Shown piece by piece: positions 9,085 through 19,059 of a DNA stretch of 64,000 bases. The first letter of the stretch is position 1, and each line of letters opens with the position of its first letter. The DNA lies in the NCBI GenBank assembly GCA_042095375.1, contig JBELBJ010000001.1, positions 44,945 to 108,944 on the forward strand, in the 5' to 3' direction. The stretch is from Marinoscillum sp. GTDB taxonomy: Bacteria > Bacteroidota > Bacteroidia > Cytophagales > MED-G16. Under the pieces are notes generated by a model. It saw only the letters and a list, made by a program, of their open reading frames with translations, was not told the origin of the DNA and did not search any database. The translations under genes and the position numbers were made by a program.

Positions 9085-10398
9085 TTAATTAGTTACGTTA
9101 ACCTCTACTTTTGATTTATTAGATTTCTTTTTTTCCTTTATTTCAATTTTACTTCCATCCTTTAAATCTTTTGAAATCGCTATATATGGACCACTAATAA
9201 TTTTATCATTTTCATTCAAATTCGATAATATTTCTATATTTTCAAAGTCACTAATACCTGTTTCAATCTCTAATTCTTTTACTTTATCATTCTCTTGAAT
9301 AAAAATAATTTGCTTAATTAACTCTTTGTCTAAAGAGTCTTTTTTATTTCTTGTTGTAACTGATGAGATAGGAACTATTATAATATCATCTTTTACCTGA
9401 GTTATTATTTCAACACTAGCTGTCATTCCAGGTTTAAAAGGATTTGTTATACCATCTTTCTGAAGATCAACAAATGATTCATTCAATATTCTTATTTTAA
9501 CTTCAAATTCGGTCACAGCATCAGCAGATGGTTTTGGATTTGCAGTACTTGCAATCTCGGTAACTGTTCCTTTAAATTTTTTATCAAGATTCATATAGGA
9601 ATCGACATCAATATCAACTTCATCTCCTAGACTTACTCTCACAATATCATTTTCATTAACATCAACTTTCACTTCCATTTTATTTAAATCAGCAACTCTT
9701 AATAATTCTGTACCAGCCATCTGAGATGTACCAACAACTCTTTCTCCAAGCTCAACACTTAGTTTAGAAACTGTTCCATTCATAGGAGCTAATATACTAG
9801 TTTTACTTAGATTTTCTTCGGCATCATCAACTGAGGCTGAAGCACTTTTAACAACATATTGACTTGCTTTAACACTTTGTTTGCTAGATTCTAAATCCTG
9901 CACAGAAATTTTATAATTTGTTAAAGCAACTTCATAGTCAGAATCAGAAATAACTTTTTGTTCATATAATTTTTTTTGTCTATTGTATTCTAATTCTGTC
10001 TTGAGAAATTGAGCTTCTGCTCTAGCAAGACTTGATTTTGCACTAGAATAATTAGCTAATTGTTGATTATAAGTTGCCTTAGCTCTTTCTAAAGCATTTA
10101 TATAATTATCTGGTCTAATTTGAACTAATAAATCCCCTTCCTTAACAGAATCACCTTCCATAATATTGAGTTCAATAATTTCACCAGGAACTTCCGGACT
10201 AATATTTACTTCAACTTCTGGTTGAATTGAACCAGATGCTGTAACTAACTCAACAATTTTACCACGTTTTATATCAGATAATTCTACCACTATAGCATCT
10301 TCGCCACCTATCCAACCTCTCGACTTAGCTATCAAAATGAATATAATAGTCCCAATTATACAAGATCCAAGAATAATAAGTAATTTTTTATTTTTCAT
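9085..10398 (-). CDS. Efflux transporter periplasmic adaptor (HlyD/MacA-type membrane fusion protein)
   Basis: 437 aa with an N-terminal TM anchor, a lipoyl-like segment, a long coiled-coil hairpin and a beta-barrel domain. It is 3 nt downstream of the TolC-like gene. Confidence 0.85.
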   Translation of the reverse strand: MKNKKLLIILGSCIIGTIIFILIAKSRGWIGGEDAIVVELSDIKRGKIVELVTASGSIQPEVEVNISPEVPGEIIELNIMEGDSVKEGDLLVQIRPDNYINALERAKATYNQQLANYSSAKSSLARAEAQFLKTELEYNRQKKLYEQKVISDSDYEVALTNYKISVQDLESSKQSVKASQYVVKSASASVDDAEENLSKTSILAPMNGTVSKLSVELGERVVGTSQMAGTELLRVADLNKMEVKVDVNENDIVRVSLGDEVDIDVDSYMNLDKKFKGTVTEIASTANPKPSADAVTEFEVKIRILNESFVDLQKDGITNPFKPGMTASVEIITQVKDDIIIVPISSVTTRNKKDSLDKELIKQIIFIQENDKVKELEIETGISDFENIEILSNLNENDKIISGPYIAISKDLKDGSKIEIKEKKKSNKSKVEVNVTN

Positions 10399-10401
10399 AT
10401 T

Positions 10402-11868
10402 TTAAAAAGTTAAGGGTTTCCCTTCGTAAAAATCTAATATTTTTAATTTAACAATATAATCATATTTTGACCTAAGCATATCACTTTTTGCATTAACCAA
10501 ATTATTATTAGAAACTTGATATTCAGTAAAGTTTACTACACCAAGATTATATTGAGTTTTAATAACTCTAAAAGATTCTTCTAAAGCTTCTACTTGTTTT
10601 TTAGATGCAATAAAAGTTTTCGAAGCAGCAACAGCATCATTATAAGCTGTTTCTATGCTTTGTCTTAATTGATTTTTTGATTCTAAAATATTTAATTCAG
10701 TAAGTCTCCTATTTACTTTTGCTCGTTGAATATTTGATGATACTTGAAATCCATTAAATAATGGTATACTAATTGACAAAGTTAATCGCTTACTCAAATA
10801 ATCTTTCCATTGTTCAAGTAGGGTAAAATTATTATCAGAGCCAGATATTACAGGAACTGATGTAACTGATGAAACTGTTTGAGAAGGATCATTAGTTAAA
10901 AAACCAATTGGAATAGTTTTTGAGTCAAATTGATCTTTAACATAAAAATTTCTTTGTCTATCAGCAAAGCTTGAATAATTTGTAGAAATATTAGTGCTTG
11001 CACTGACTGATGGAAATCTTCCACTTCTAGAAATCTTCAAATCATAATCAGCACTTTTCATACTCAAATCAAGACTTTTAATTTCAGGCAAAACATCTAA
11101 AGATGATTTATATATGTCAATAGGGTTTGATCCAATAAAAATATTTGGATTAAAATCAATATTTGGTTTTATAATTTCTAATTCAACATCTGAATCAATT
11201 AGCATTATTTGCTTCAATCTTAATATTGATAATTTATAATTATTTTCTTGTTGGACTAAGTTTAATTCATCACCAGCCAATTGAGCTTCAATGTTTAATT
11301 TATTTATAATAGGTAATGAACCAGCATCTACTAACTTAGTTGTTCTAATTAATTGTTCACTTGTAGATTCTAACTGATTTTGAGCATTTGATACTTGTTC
11401 CATACTAAATAAAACAGTGAGGAATAAATTAACAACATTTAAACTCAAATCGTTTCTTGCTTTTTCTAAATCATAAGAACTTTTTTCTAAATCATTTCTT
11501 GATTTTTTTATTGAATTTCTAATTTGAAAACCATTAAATATTTGAAATTGAGAAAAGCCTCCAATACCAGAATTATAAGATTCACTAGTAGTAAATTGAT
11601 TAGTTGTTGGATCAATAGATCTCCCCCAATTGTTTCCATAATTACCAGATAAATTCAATGAGGGTAACTGATTTAGTTTTGATTGTAATAAATTAATCTT
11701 TTGATTTTTAAGATTTAATTCACTTTGTTTTAATTGTAGATTATTCTCTAAAGCTATTTCTATACATTGTTCAAAAGATAAGGTAATAATATCATCAGTA
11801 TTTTGAGCTTTTAAACAAATACTTGAAAGTAAAAAAAATGTAGAAATAAAATACAGTTTAATCTTCAT
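10402..11868 (-). CDS. TolC family outer-membrane efflux protein
   Basis: 488 aa with a signal peptide (..ICLKAQN) and two tandem OEP-type repeats with coiled-coil-rich segments. Confidence 0.85.
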   Translation of the reverse strand: MKIKLYFISTFFLLSSICLKAQNTDDIITLSFEQCIEIALENNLQLKQSELNLKNQKINLLQSKLNQLPSLNLSGNYGNNWGRSIDPTTNQFTTSESYNSGIGGFSQFQIFNGFQIRNSIKKSRNDLEKSSYDLEKARNDLSLNVVNLFLTVLFSMEQVSNAQNQLESTSEQLIRTTKLVDAGSLPIINKLNIEAQLAGDELNLVQQENNYKLSILRLKQIMLIDSDVELEIIKPNIDFNPNIFIGSNPIDIYKSSLDVLPEIKSLDLSMKSADYDLKISRSGRFPSVSASTNISTNYSSFADRQRNFYVKDQFDSKTIPIGFLTNDPSQTVSSVTSVPVISGSDNNFTLLEQWKDYLSKRLTLSISIPLFNGFQVSSNIQRAKVNRRLTELNILESKNQLRQSIETAYNDAVAASKTFIASKKQVEALEESFRVIKTQYNLGVVNFTEYQVSNNNLVNAKSDMLRSKYDYIVKLKILDFYEGKPLTF

Positions 11869-11915
11869 AGATTATATAAAATCGCTTTTAGACAATTTTC
11901 AGCAAAGCTAATTAA

Positions 11916-12710
11916 TTATACTGAAACTTTAGCTTTAATATGTGGGTGAAATTTATAATCAATCAATTTAAAATCATCATATTGAAATGAAAATATATTA
12001 CTTACCTTTTTATTTATTTTCATTTCAGGCAAAAGATATGGTTTTCTAGTTAATTGTAATTTAGCTTGATCTAAATGATTTAAATACAGGTGTACATCTC
12101 CAAACGTATGAACAAAGTCACCATATTTAAGTCCACAAACATGAGATATCATCATTGTTAACAATGCATAAGAAGCTATATTAAAAGGTACTCCTAAAAA
12201 TACATCTGCACTCCTTTGATATAATTGGCAAGATAATTTATTTTCATTAACATAAAATTGAAACATGGTATGGCATGGAGGCAAAGCCATATTATTTAAA
12301 TCACCTACATTCCAAGCACTAACTATATGTCTTCTAGAATAAGGATTATTTTTAATATCAAAAATTAAATTTTTAATCTGATCCAATAAATTTCCATTTT
12401 TATCTTCCCATTTTCTCCATTGGACACCATAAACTGGCCCAAGATCACCTTTTTCATCTGCCCACTCATCCCAAATTCGAACCTTGTTATCTTTCAAATA
12501 TTTAATATTTGATTCACCTTTTAAAAACCATAATAATTCATAAATAATAGATCTAAGGTGAAGTTTTTTTGTCGTTAAACATGGAAAACCTTTGGTTAAA
12601 TCAAATCGCATTTGATAACCAAAAACGCTTAAAGTTCCTGTACCAGTTCTATCAGATTTTTTTTTGCCATTTTTTAAAATATGTTTTAGTAAATCATGAT
12701 ATTGCTTCAT
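11916..12710 (-). CDS. thyA: Thymidylate synthase
   Basis: 264 aa, full-length match to ThyA, including RTGTGT, the catalytic ALPPCH and DVHLY. Confidence 0.97.
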   Translation of the reverse strand: MKQYHDLLKHILKNGKKKSDRTGTGTLSVFGYQMRFDLTKGFPCLTTKKLHLRSIIYELLWFLKGESNIKYLKDNKVRIWDEWADEKGDLGPVYGVQWRKWEDKNGNLLDQIKNLIFDIKNNPYSRRHIVSAWNVGDLNNMALPPCHTMFQFYVNENKLSCQLYQRSADVFLGVPFNIASYALLTMMISHVCGLKYGDFVHTFGDVHLYLNHLDQAKLQLTRKPYLLPEMKINKKVSNIFSFQYDDFKLIDYKFHPHIKAKVSV

Positions 12711-12788
12711 AAATGAATTAATTTATACAAGTATAAATAATATAATTTGTTTTGATTAGCTTAATTTTAAAATATAATTTTTTATTAA

Positions 12789-13244
12789 ATGTCTTTAAAA
12801 TTAAATGATAAATTACCGTATTTTATCCTTAAAAATCAATACGGTAAAGAAGTAAATATTAAAAATTTTTATGGAAAAAATTTAGTTGTTTTCTTTTATC
12901 CTAAAGATGACACTCCTGGATGTACAATGGAAGTATGTAATTTTAGAGATAATTACAGTGAAATAAAAAAATATAATTCTAACGTAGTTGGAATTAGCTC
13001 AGACTCAGTAAAATCACATAAAAACTTTTCTAAAAAATTTAATGTGACATATGACTTATTAAGTGACTATGAAAATAATGTTAAAAAATTATTTGGAGTA
13101 CCAAAAAGTTTTTTTGGTTTATTGCCAGGAAGAGTAACCTATATATTTAATAGAAATGGAATTTTATTAAAAATTATTAACTCACAAATTAATATTTATG
13201 AGCACCTATCACAAACTATCAAATTTTTAAAAAAAATAAAATAA
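12789..13244 (+). CDS. bcp: Thioredoxin-dependent peroxiredoxin (Bcp/PrxQ)
   Basis: 151 aa with FYPKDDTPGCTMEVC, which carries the peroxidatic and resolving Cys in CxxxxC spacing. Confidence 0.9.
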   Translation: MSLKLNDKLPYFILKNQYGKEVNIKNFYGKNLVVFFYPKDDTPGCTMEVCNFRDNYSEIKKYNSNVVGISSDSVKSHKNFSKKFNVTYDLLSDYENNVKKLFGVPKSFFGLLPGRVTYIFNRNGILLKIINSQINIYEHLSQTIKFLKKIK

Positions 13245-15872
13245 ATGAAAAATGTCTTAATTTTTATTTTTTTATTATCCCTAACTTTTCTCATTGTATA
13301 CAAATATTTTATAGAAAAAAAAGAAATTAAAGATGCTATTAATTTAGTGCCTAAATCTGCAATTATTATTCATGAAATAAATGATCCTATTAATAAATAT
13401 AAAAAGATAAAAAATCTAAAAAATTATGATTCAACTTTTTTAGTAAAAAGTATAGCTCAAAAAATAAAATTTATTGATAACGTACTTAATAATAATATTG
13501 AAAAACTTTCTTTAAATAATAAACTAATAACATCATTTCATATAACATCAAAATCAAATTTTGATGTAATTTTTTATTTAGATATTTCTATTGTTGATAA
13601 AAATAATTTAATTGATAAGTTAAGAGAAAATAAATTCAATATCCAAAATAGAATTTATAATAATCATGAAATATTTGATGTAAGTTTTGATGATAAAGTT
13701 TTTACATTTCTATTCATTAATAATTTTTTTATTGGTAGTTATTCTTCTGTATTAATTGAGGATGTTATAAGATCAATAAGTGAATCTAAGAATAGTTTTA
13801 GAGAATCCCACCAAAAACTATTTGAGTTCATCAAAACACAAAATGATTTTGGAAACATCTATGTCAACTCAAATAAAATTGAAGACTTTTTAGGGGTTTT
13901 TATTCAAGAAAATAAATTTAGCTTTAAAGATTTTAGTAATCACCTAGATGAAACATTTTTAGATTTTTCAATAAATAAAAATAAATTTTTTTTTAATGGA
14001 TTTTCATTAAATAATTCAAATAACAAAATAGCTTATTTATTAAATAACAAAAATATTAGAGAATCAAACTATTTGGAATATATACCTAATAATTGTCTTT
14101 GGTTATACCGATTATCTTTTGATAATAATAGAAATAAATGGAAGAGTTTGCTAATAAATGAAGAGGATACTCTTGAAAATTATCAAGAGGAAATAATAGA
14201 AAATATAGATAATGAATTAATTCTAATAAAATTAGAAAGTAATCTTAAAGATAAAGAGAATGATCTTATCATTTTAAGATCTAAAAACATTGATGAGTTT
14301 AATAAATATTATATAAATGAAAATAATGATAGTATTGAAAAATATAATTTTAATTCTAATGATAAAATAATTTATCGATCAAATAAAAATTTTTTATTTA
14401 AAAAATTTTTAAAAAATAAAATAGAAGATGATTTTTTTTTCACAAATGTTGATAATTATATAATAATTTCAAGTTCACTATTAAACATAAATGAATATTT
14501 AAAAAAATTAGAGTCTCAAGAGATTTGGACTAAATCTATTTTCTATAATAATTTATTATCAAATTTAAATAATCAATCAAACGTTGATTTTTTTATAAAT
14601 ATCTCTAAAACACTAATTTATTTTTTATCAAAGGTTGAATACAATTTCAAAGATAATATTATTGAAATATTTAAAGACTTTAATTTTTTATCTGTTCAAC
14701 TCACAAAATTAGATGATAAATATTACACCAGTATAGTTTTAAATAAATCTGAATTTTCTAATGAAGATCCAAAACAAACCTCTAATCTAAAAGTAGATAA
14801 CCAGATAGAAATCGATGAAAAAATTACCACAAAACCTTATCTTATAAAAAATCATTTAGATAATTCTATAGAAATAATCATGCAAGATAATTCTAATAAA
14901 TTATATCAAATCTCATCTGATTTTAATAAAATTTGGGTTGATTCAATATCATCAAAAATTAATAGTTTGATTTATCAAATTGATTATTATAAAAACAATA
15001 AAAAACAAATAATTTTTTCAACTAAAAACATGTTACATTCATATGATAGAAATGGTAATAAATTAATAGAATATCCAATAAATAACCCTTCAAATTTTGA
15101 ATTAGAACATTTCAATATAATTGATTATAATAAATCAAAAAATTATAGAATTATTTTAAGTGATATAAAAGGAAATGTTTTTTTAAAAGATAAAACTGGA
15201 AAAAATCTTAATGGATGGAACCCTTTAAAATTTAGTCCTCTAAGTGAGTCGCCTTTTCATGTAAGAATATCAAATAAAGATTATATAATTGTTACTGAAG
15301 AAAAAGGAGTACTTAACGTACTAAATCGAAAAGGAAAAAATTATCCTGGATTTCCAATAAATTTTAACACAAATATTAATAGCAATATATTCATAGATCA
15401 AAAATCAACTTCAAAAAAATCTTTAATTACAGTTTTATTAACTAATGGAAAAATTATTAAAGTAAATATGAATGGAGATATAATTGAAGAAAACCAACTT
15501 TATAGACCCTCGGTAAATTCAAAATTTAATTTATTAATTGATCCAACAAAAAAAAATTATAAAATAGTTGTTAGTGATGAGTCATCAATTTATTTCCTTG
15601 AAAAAAATGAAGTGCAGTTTAAATATGACTTGTTAGAAACAAAAGGTTTATATTATCAATACTATTATTTTGGAGGAAATAATGAAATGTTATCAATAAT
15701 AAATAAATCAAAAAAAATTATTTCAATATTTAATTTTAAAAATAATTCAATTTCTAAAATTAATCTTCTAAGTGATCAATTAATTTCAATACTATATTAT
15801 GATTATAGAAAAGAGTTTGAGATTTATTCTATATTAGACAATAAACTATTAAAAAATAGTTTAAAAAATTAA
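13245..15872 (+). CDS. Large membrane-anchored hypothetical protein with C-terminal propeller-like repeats
   Basis: 875 aa. The ATG directly abuts the bcp TAA. It has an N-terminal hydrophobic anchor and is very N/K/I-rich. The C-terminal ~330 aa carry recurring [DN]xxGxxxxG[FW]P-like units (DRNGNKLIEYPI, DKTGKNLNGWNP, NRKGKNYPGFPI, NMNGDIIEE). Confidence 0.7.
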   Translation: MKNVLIFIFLLSLTFLIVYKYFIEKKEIKDAINLVPKSAIIIHEINDPINKYKKIKNLKNYDSTFLVKSIAQKIKFIDNVLNNNIEKLSLNNKLITSFHITSKSNFDVIFYLDISIVDKNNLIDKLRENKFNIQNRIYNNHEIFDVSFDDKVFTFLFINNFFIGSYSSVLIEDVIRSISESKNSFRESHQKLFEFIKTQNDFGNIYVNSNKIEDFLGVFIQENKFSFKDFSNHLDETFLDFSINKNKFFFNGFSLNNSNNKIAYLLNNKNIRESNYLEYIPNNCLWLYRLSFDNNRNKWKSLLINEEDTLENYQEEIIENIDNELILIKLESNLKDKENDLIILRSKNIDEFNKYYINENNDSIEKYNFNSNDKIIYRSNKNFLFKKFLKNKIEDDFFFTNVDNYIIISSSLLNINEYLKKLESQEIWTKSIFYNNLLSNLNNQSNVDFFINISKTLIYFLSKVEYNFKDNIIEIFKDFNFLSVQLTKLDDKYYTSIVLNKSEFSNEDPKQTSNLKVDNQIEIDEKITTKPYLIKNHLDNSIEIIMQDNSNKLYQISSDFNKIWVDSISSKINSLIYQIDYYKNNKKQIIFSTKNMLHSYDRNGNKLIEYPINNPSNFELEHFNIIDYNKSKNYRIILSDIKGNVFLKDKTGKNLNGWNPLKFSPLSESPFHVRISNKDYIIVTEEKGVLNVLNRKGKNYPGFPINFNTNINSNIFIDQKSTSKKSLITVLLTNGKIIKVNMNGDIIEENQLYRPSVNSKFNLLIDPTKKNYKIVVSDESSIYFLEKNEVQFKYDLLETKGLYYQYYYFGGNNEMLSIINKSKKIISIFNFKNNSISKINLLSDQLISILYYDYRKEFEIYSILDNKLLKNSLKN

Positions 15873-15890
15873 TTTTATTATTTTTATAAT

Positions 15891-18800
15891 ATGAAAACAA
15901 TAAATCAAATCTTCCCAATTTTATTATTATTAATAGCTTTTCCACTAATTACATTTAGCCAAAAAGAAAAGAAAAATAAAGCATCAAATTCTTTAGTATC
16001 TATTGAAGTACCAAAAAGTATTGAATGGAGATCAATAGGCCCTTTCAGAGGTGGTAGAGCATCTAGTGTAGCTGGCGTTATTGGTCAATCAGACACTTAT
16101 TATTTTGGAGCTACAGGTGGTGGTGTTTGGAAAACTAAAGATGGTGGTCAATCTTGGAAAAATATATCCGATGGGTATTTTGGTGGTTCAATAGGTGCAG
16201 TTTCCGTTAGTATGTCCGATCCAAACATTATTTATGTTGGTACAGGAGAAGAAACTGTTAGAGGAAATGTTTCGCCCGGATATGGTGGTTTTTGGAAATC
16301 TTATGATGCGGGAAAAACCTGGAAAAAATTAAATTTAAATATTGATCAAGTTCAAGTTGGAAGAATTATTATTCATCCAAAAAATCCTGATGTTGTATTA
16401 ATAGCTGTAATTGGAGATTTATTTAAAAACTCAAAAGAAAGAGGAATATATAAAACATCGGATGGTGGAAAAAATTGGAAAAAAGTTTTATATGTAAACG
16501 AAAGGTCTGGTGGAAATGATATTATTTTTGATCCTGGAAATCCAAGAGTTATTTATGCGTCAACTTGGAATATTAGAAGAACTCCATTTAGTCTTGAAAG
16601 TGGAGGTAATGGATCCAATCTATGGAAATCAACAGATGAAGGAAATACATGGAAAAATATATCAAATAACGATGGCCTACCAAAAGGAATATTAGGCAAA
16701 ATAGGTATTGCTGTTTCACCAGTTAATCCAGATATAGTTTATGCATTGATAGAAAATAAAAATGGTGGTCTTTTTAAATCACTTGATGCTGGAAAATCAT
16801 GGAAGCTAATAAATAAAGATAGAAATCTTAGACAGAGAGCTTGGTATTACACTAGAATTTATGCAGATACAAAACTTGAAGATAGAATATATGTTATGAA
16901 TGTTCAATTCTGGAGATCAGAAGACGGAGGTAAAACATTTAAAAGTTACGCTACACCTCACGGGGATCATCATGATCTATGGATTGACCCTCTAAATAAT
17001 AAACGAATGATAGTAGCAGATGATGGAGGTGCTCAAGTAAGTTATGACGATGCAAAAAATTGGAGTACTTATATGAATCAACCCACTGCACAATATTATA
17101 GGGTAGCTACTGATAATAGTTTTCCTTATAATATTTTAGTTGCTCAACAAGATAATAGTACTCAAAGAATACCGCACAGAGTAAACAGAGGTGGAATATC
17201 AGAAAAAGATTGGAAATCTTCTGCGGGAGGAGAAAGTGCACATTTAGCTGCCGATCCACTAAATCCAAAAATAGTCTACGGAGGTAGTTACGGAGGGTAT
17301 CTAACCAGATTAAATCACGAAACCGGAGAATCTAGATCAATAAATGTTTGGCCAAATAACCCAATGGGTCATGGAGCTGAAGATATGAAATATAGATTTC
17401 AATGGAATTTCCCAATATTTTTTTCTCCTCATAATAAAGAAAAATTATATACTACATCAAATCATTTCCATCAAACAACTAATGAAGGTCAAACATGGGA
17501 AGTAATTAGCCCTGATTTAACTAGAAATGAAAAAGAAAAGCTAGGTCCTTCTGGAGGTCCAATCACAAAAGATAATACAGCCGTTGAATACTATGCCACA
17601 ATATTTGCAGCATGTGAATCACCATATGAAGAAGGTTTATTATGGGCAGCATCAGATGATGGCCTTATTCATATATCAAAAGATAGCGGAAATAATTGGG
17701 AAAATGTTACACCAAAAAACTCTCCAACCCATATAATGTGGAATAGTGTTGATCCTGATCCTTTTGTAAAAGGTGGACTTTATGTTGCGGGAACACTTTA
17801 TAAAACTGGTGATTATGAACCATATTTGTATAAAACAAAAGATTATGGAAAAAGTTGGGAAAAAATTGATTTTGGAATACAAAAAAATCATTTTACTAGA
17901 GTACTAAGGGCAGATCCAAAAAGAAAAGGTTTACTTTATGCTGGAACTGAATCTGGTGTATATATTTCATTTGATGATGGAAAAAGTTGGAACTCGTTTC
18001 AACACAATCTACCTTTAGTTCCAATTACAGACTTAACAATTAAAAATAATAATTTAATTGCTGCTACTCAAGGAAGATCAGTTTGGTTAATAGATGATTT
18101 AACACCTCTTCACCAACTAAATTATGATGTTTTAAGATCTGATTTTCATATTTTTAAACCTATTGACTCTTACAGAATGGGATATCCAAGTTGGAGAACA
18201 AATTCATCAAAAAATGGAATTAATCATCACAATGGAGTGAAAGTTTTTTTTAATATTGATTCAACTAAGGTATGGAAAGACTCGTTAAGGGTTACTCTTG
18301 AGTTTATGGACTCTAATAAAAAAACTATAAAAGTATTTTCGAGTTTTTCAAAAGAAAATACTTTAAAAGTTAACAATGGTTCAAATTCGTTTGTTTGGAA
18401 TATGAGATATAATAATGCAAAAGGTTTTGATGGATTAATTATGTGGGCCGCAAGTTTATCAGGACCAAAAGCAATTCCAGGTAAGTATTTTGCAAAGCTT
18501 TCAATAAATGGAAAATCTAAAGAAACCGAATTTTTTATTTTAAAGGATGAAAGAAGTAAATCAACAATTGATGATTTAAAAGATCAGTTTAATTTTTTAA
18601 TTGAAATTAGAGATAAGATATCTGAAATTCATCAATCTATTTCTGATATGAGACTTGTAATAAGTCAAATAAATACTTTTAAAAGTAAAATTGAAAATAA
18701 TGAAGAAATTATTACCAAAATGAAAAATTTAATTGATGAAATAAAAATTATCGAAAACGAATTATATCAAACAAAAAATAAAAGTAGACAAGATCCTCTA

Positions 18801-19019
18801 AACTATCCAATTAAATTAAATAACAAATTAGCTCATTTATCTAGTGTTGCAGGAAACGGGAATTATAAACCAACAGATCAAATGATTGAAGTTAAAAATG
18901 AATTAATTGAAAAAATAAATCAGGAACTGAAAAAATGGGATTTAATTAAAAAAGAAAAATTAAAAAATCTCAATAATGAAATCAAAAACATTGATATTGA
19001 TTTAATATCAATTAATTAA
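15891..19019 (+). CDS. Secreted BNR/Asp-box repeat protein (sortilin/VPS10- or GH74-like tandem beta-propeller)
   Basis: 1042 aa with a signal peptide and about ten SxDxGxTW Asp-boxes (TKDGGQSW, SYDAGKTW, TSDGGKNW, STDEGNTW, SLDAGKSW, SKDSGNNW, TKDYGKSW and others). The C-terminal ~200 aa are coiled-coil-like. Confidence 0.85.
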   Translation: MKTINQIFPILLLLIAFPLITFSQKEKKNKASNSLVSIEVPKSIEWRSIGPFRGGRASSVAGVIGQSDTYYFGATGGGVWKTKDGGQSWKNISDGYFGGSIGAVSVSMSDPNIIYVGTGEETVRGNVSPGYGGFWKSYDAGKTWKKLNLNIDQVQVGRIIIHPKNPDVVLIAVIGDLFKNSKERGIYKTSDGGKNWKKVLYVNERSGGNDIIFDPGNPRVIYASTWNIRRTPFSLESGGNGSNLWKSTDEGNTWKNISNNDGLPKGILGKIGIAVSPVNPDIVYALIENKNGGLFKSLDAGKSWKLINKDRNLRQRAWYYTRIYADTKLEDRIYVMNVQFWRSEDGGKTFKSYATPHGDHHDLWIDPLNNKRMIVADDGGAQVSYDDAKNWSTYMNQPTAQYYRVATDNSFPYNILVAQQDNSTQRIPHRVNRGGISEKDWKSSAGGESAHLAADPLNPKIVYGGSYGGYLTRLNHETGESRSINVWPNNPMGHGAEDMKYRFQWNFPIFFSPHNKEKLYTTSNHFHQTTNEGQTWEVISPDLTRNEKEKLGPSGGPITKDNTAVEYYATIFAACESPYEEGLLWAASDDGLIHISKDSGNNWENVTPKNSPTHIMWNSVDPDPFVKGGLYVAGTLYKTGDYEPYLYKTKDYGKSWEKIDFGIQKNHFTRVLRADPKRKGLLYAGTESGVYISFDDGKSWNSFQHNLPLVPITDLTIKNNNLIAATQGRSVWLIDDLTPLHQLNYDVLRSDFHIFKPIDSYRMGYPSWRTNSSKNGINHHNGVKVFFNIDSTKVWKDSLRVTLEFMDSNKKTIKVFSSFSKENTLKVNNGSNSFVWNMRYNNAKGFDGLIMWAASLSGPKAIPGKYFAKLSINGKSKETEFFILKDERSKSTIDDLKDQFNFLIEIRDKISEIHQSISDMRLVISQINTFKSKIENNEEIITKMKNLIDEIKIIENELYQTKNKSRQDPLNYPIKLNNKLAHLSSVAGNGNYKPTDQMIEVKNELIEKINQELKKWDLIKKEKLKNLNNEIKNIDIDLISIN

Positions 19020-19059
19020 TTTCGTATTTATTTCATTAATATTTCTAATTCATTAAAAG

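Noticed and set aside
12721-12738. A perfect palindrome ATTTATAC-AA-GTATAAAT in the thyA/bcp divergent promoter region. It is a possible PerR/Fur-like operator for the peroxiredoxin.
   Set aside because: - It is pure AT apart from one G:C pair per arm.
- Palindromes of this size are expected by chance many times in about 70% A+T DNA.
- It does not match Fur/PerR/OxyR consensus sequences closely enough to call.
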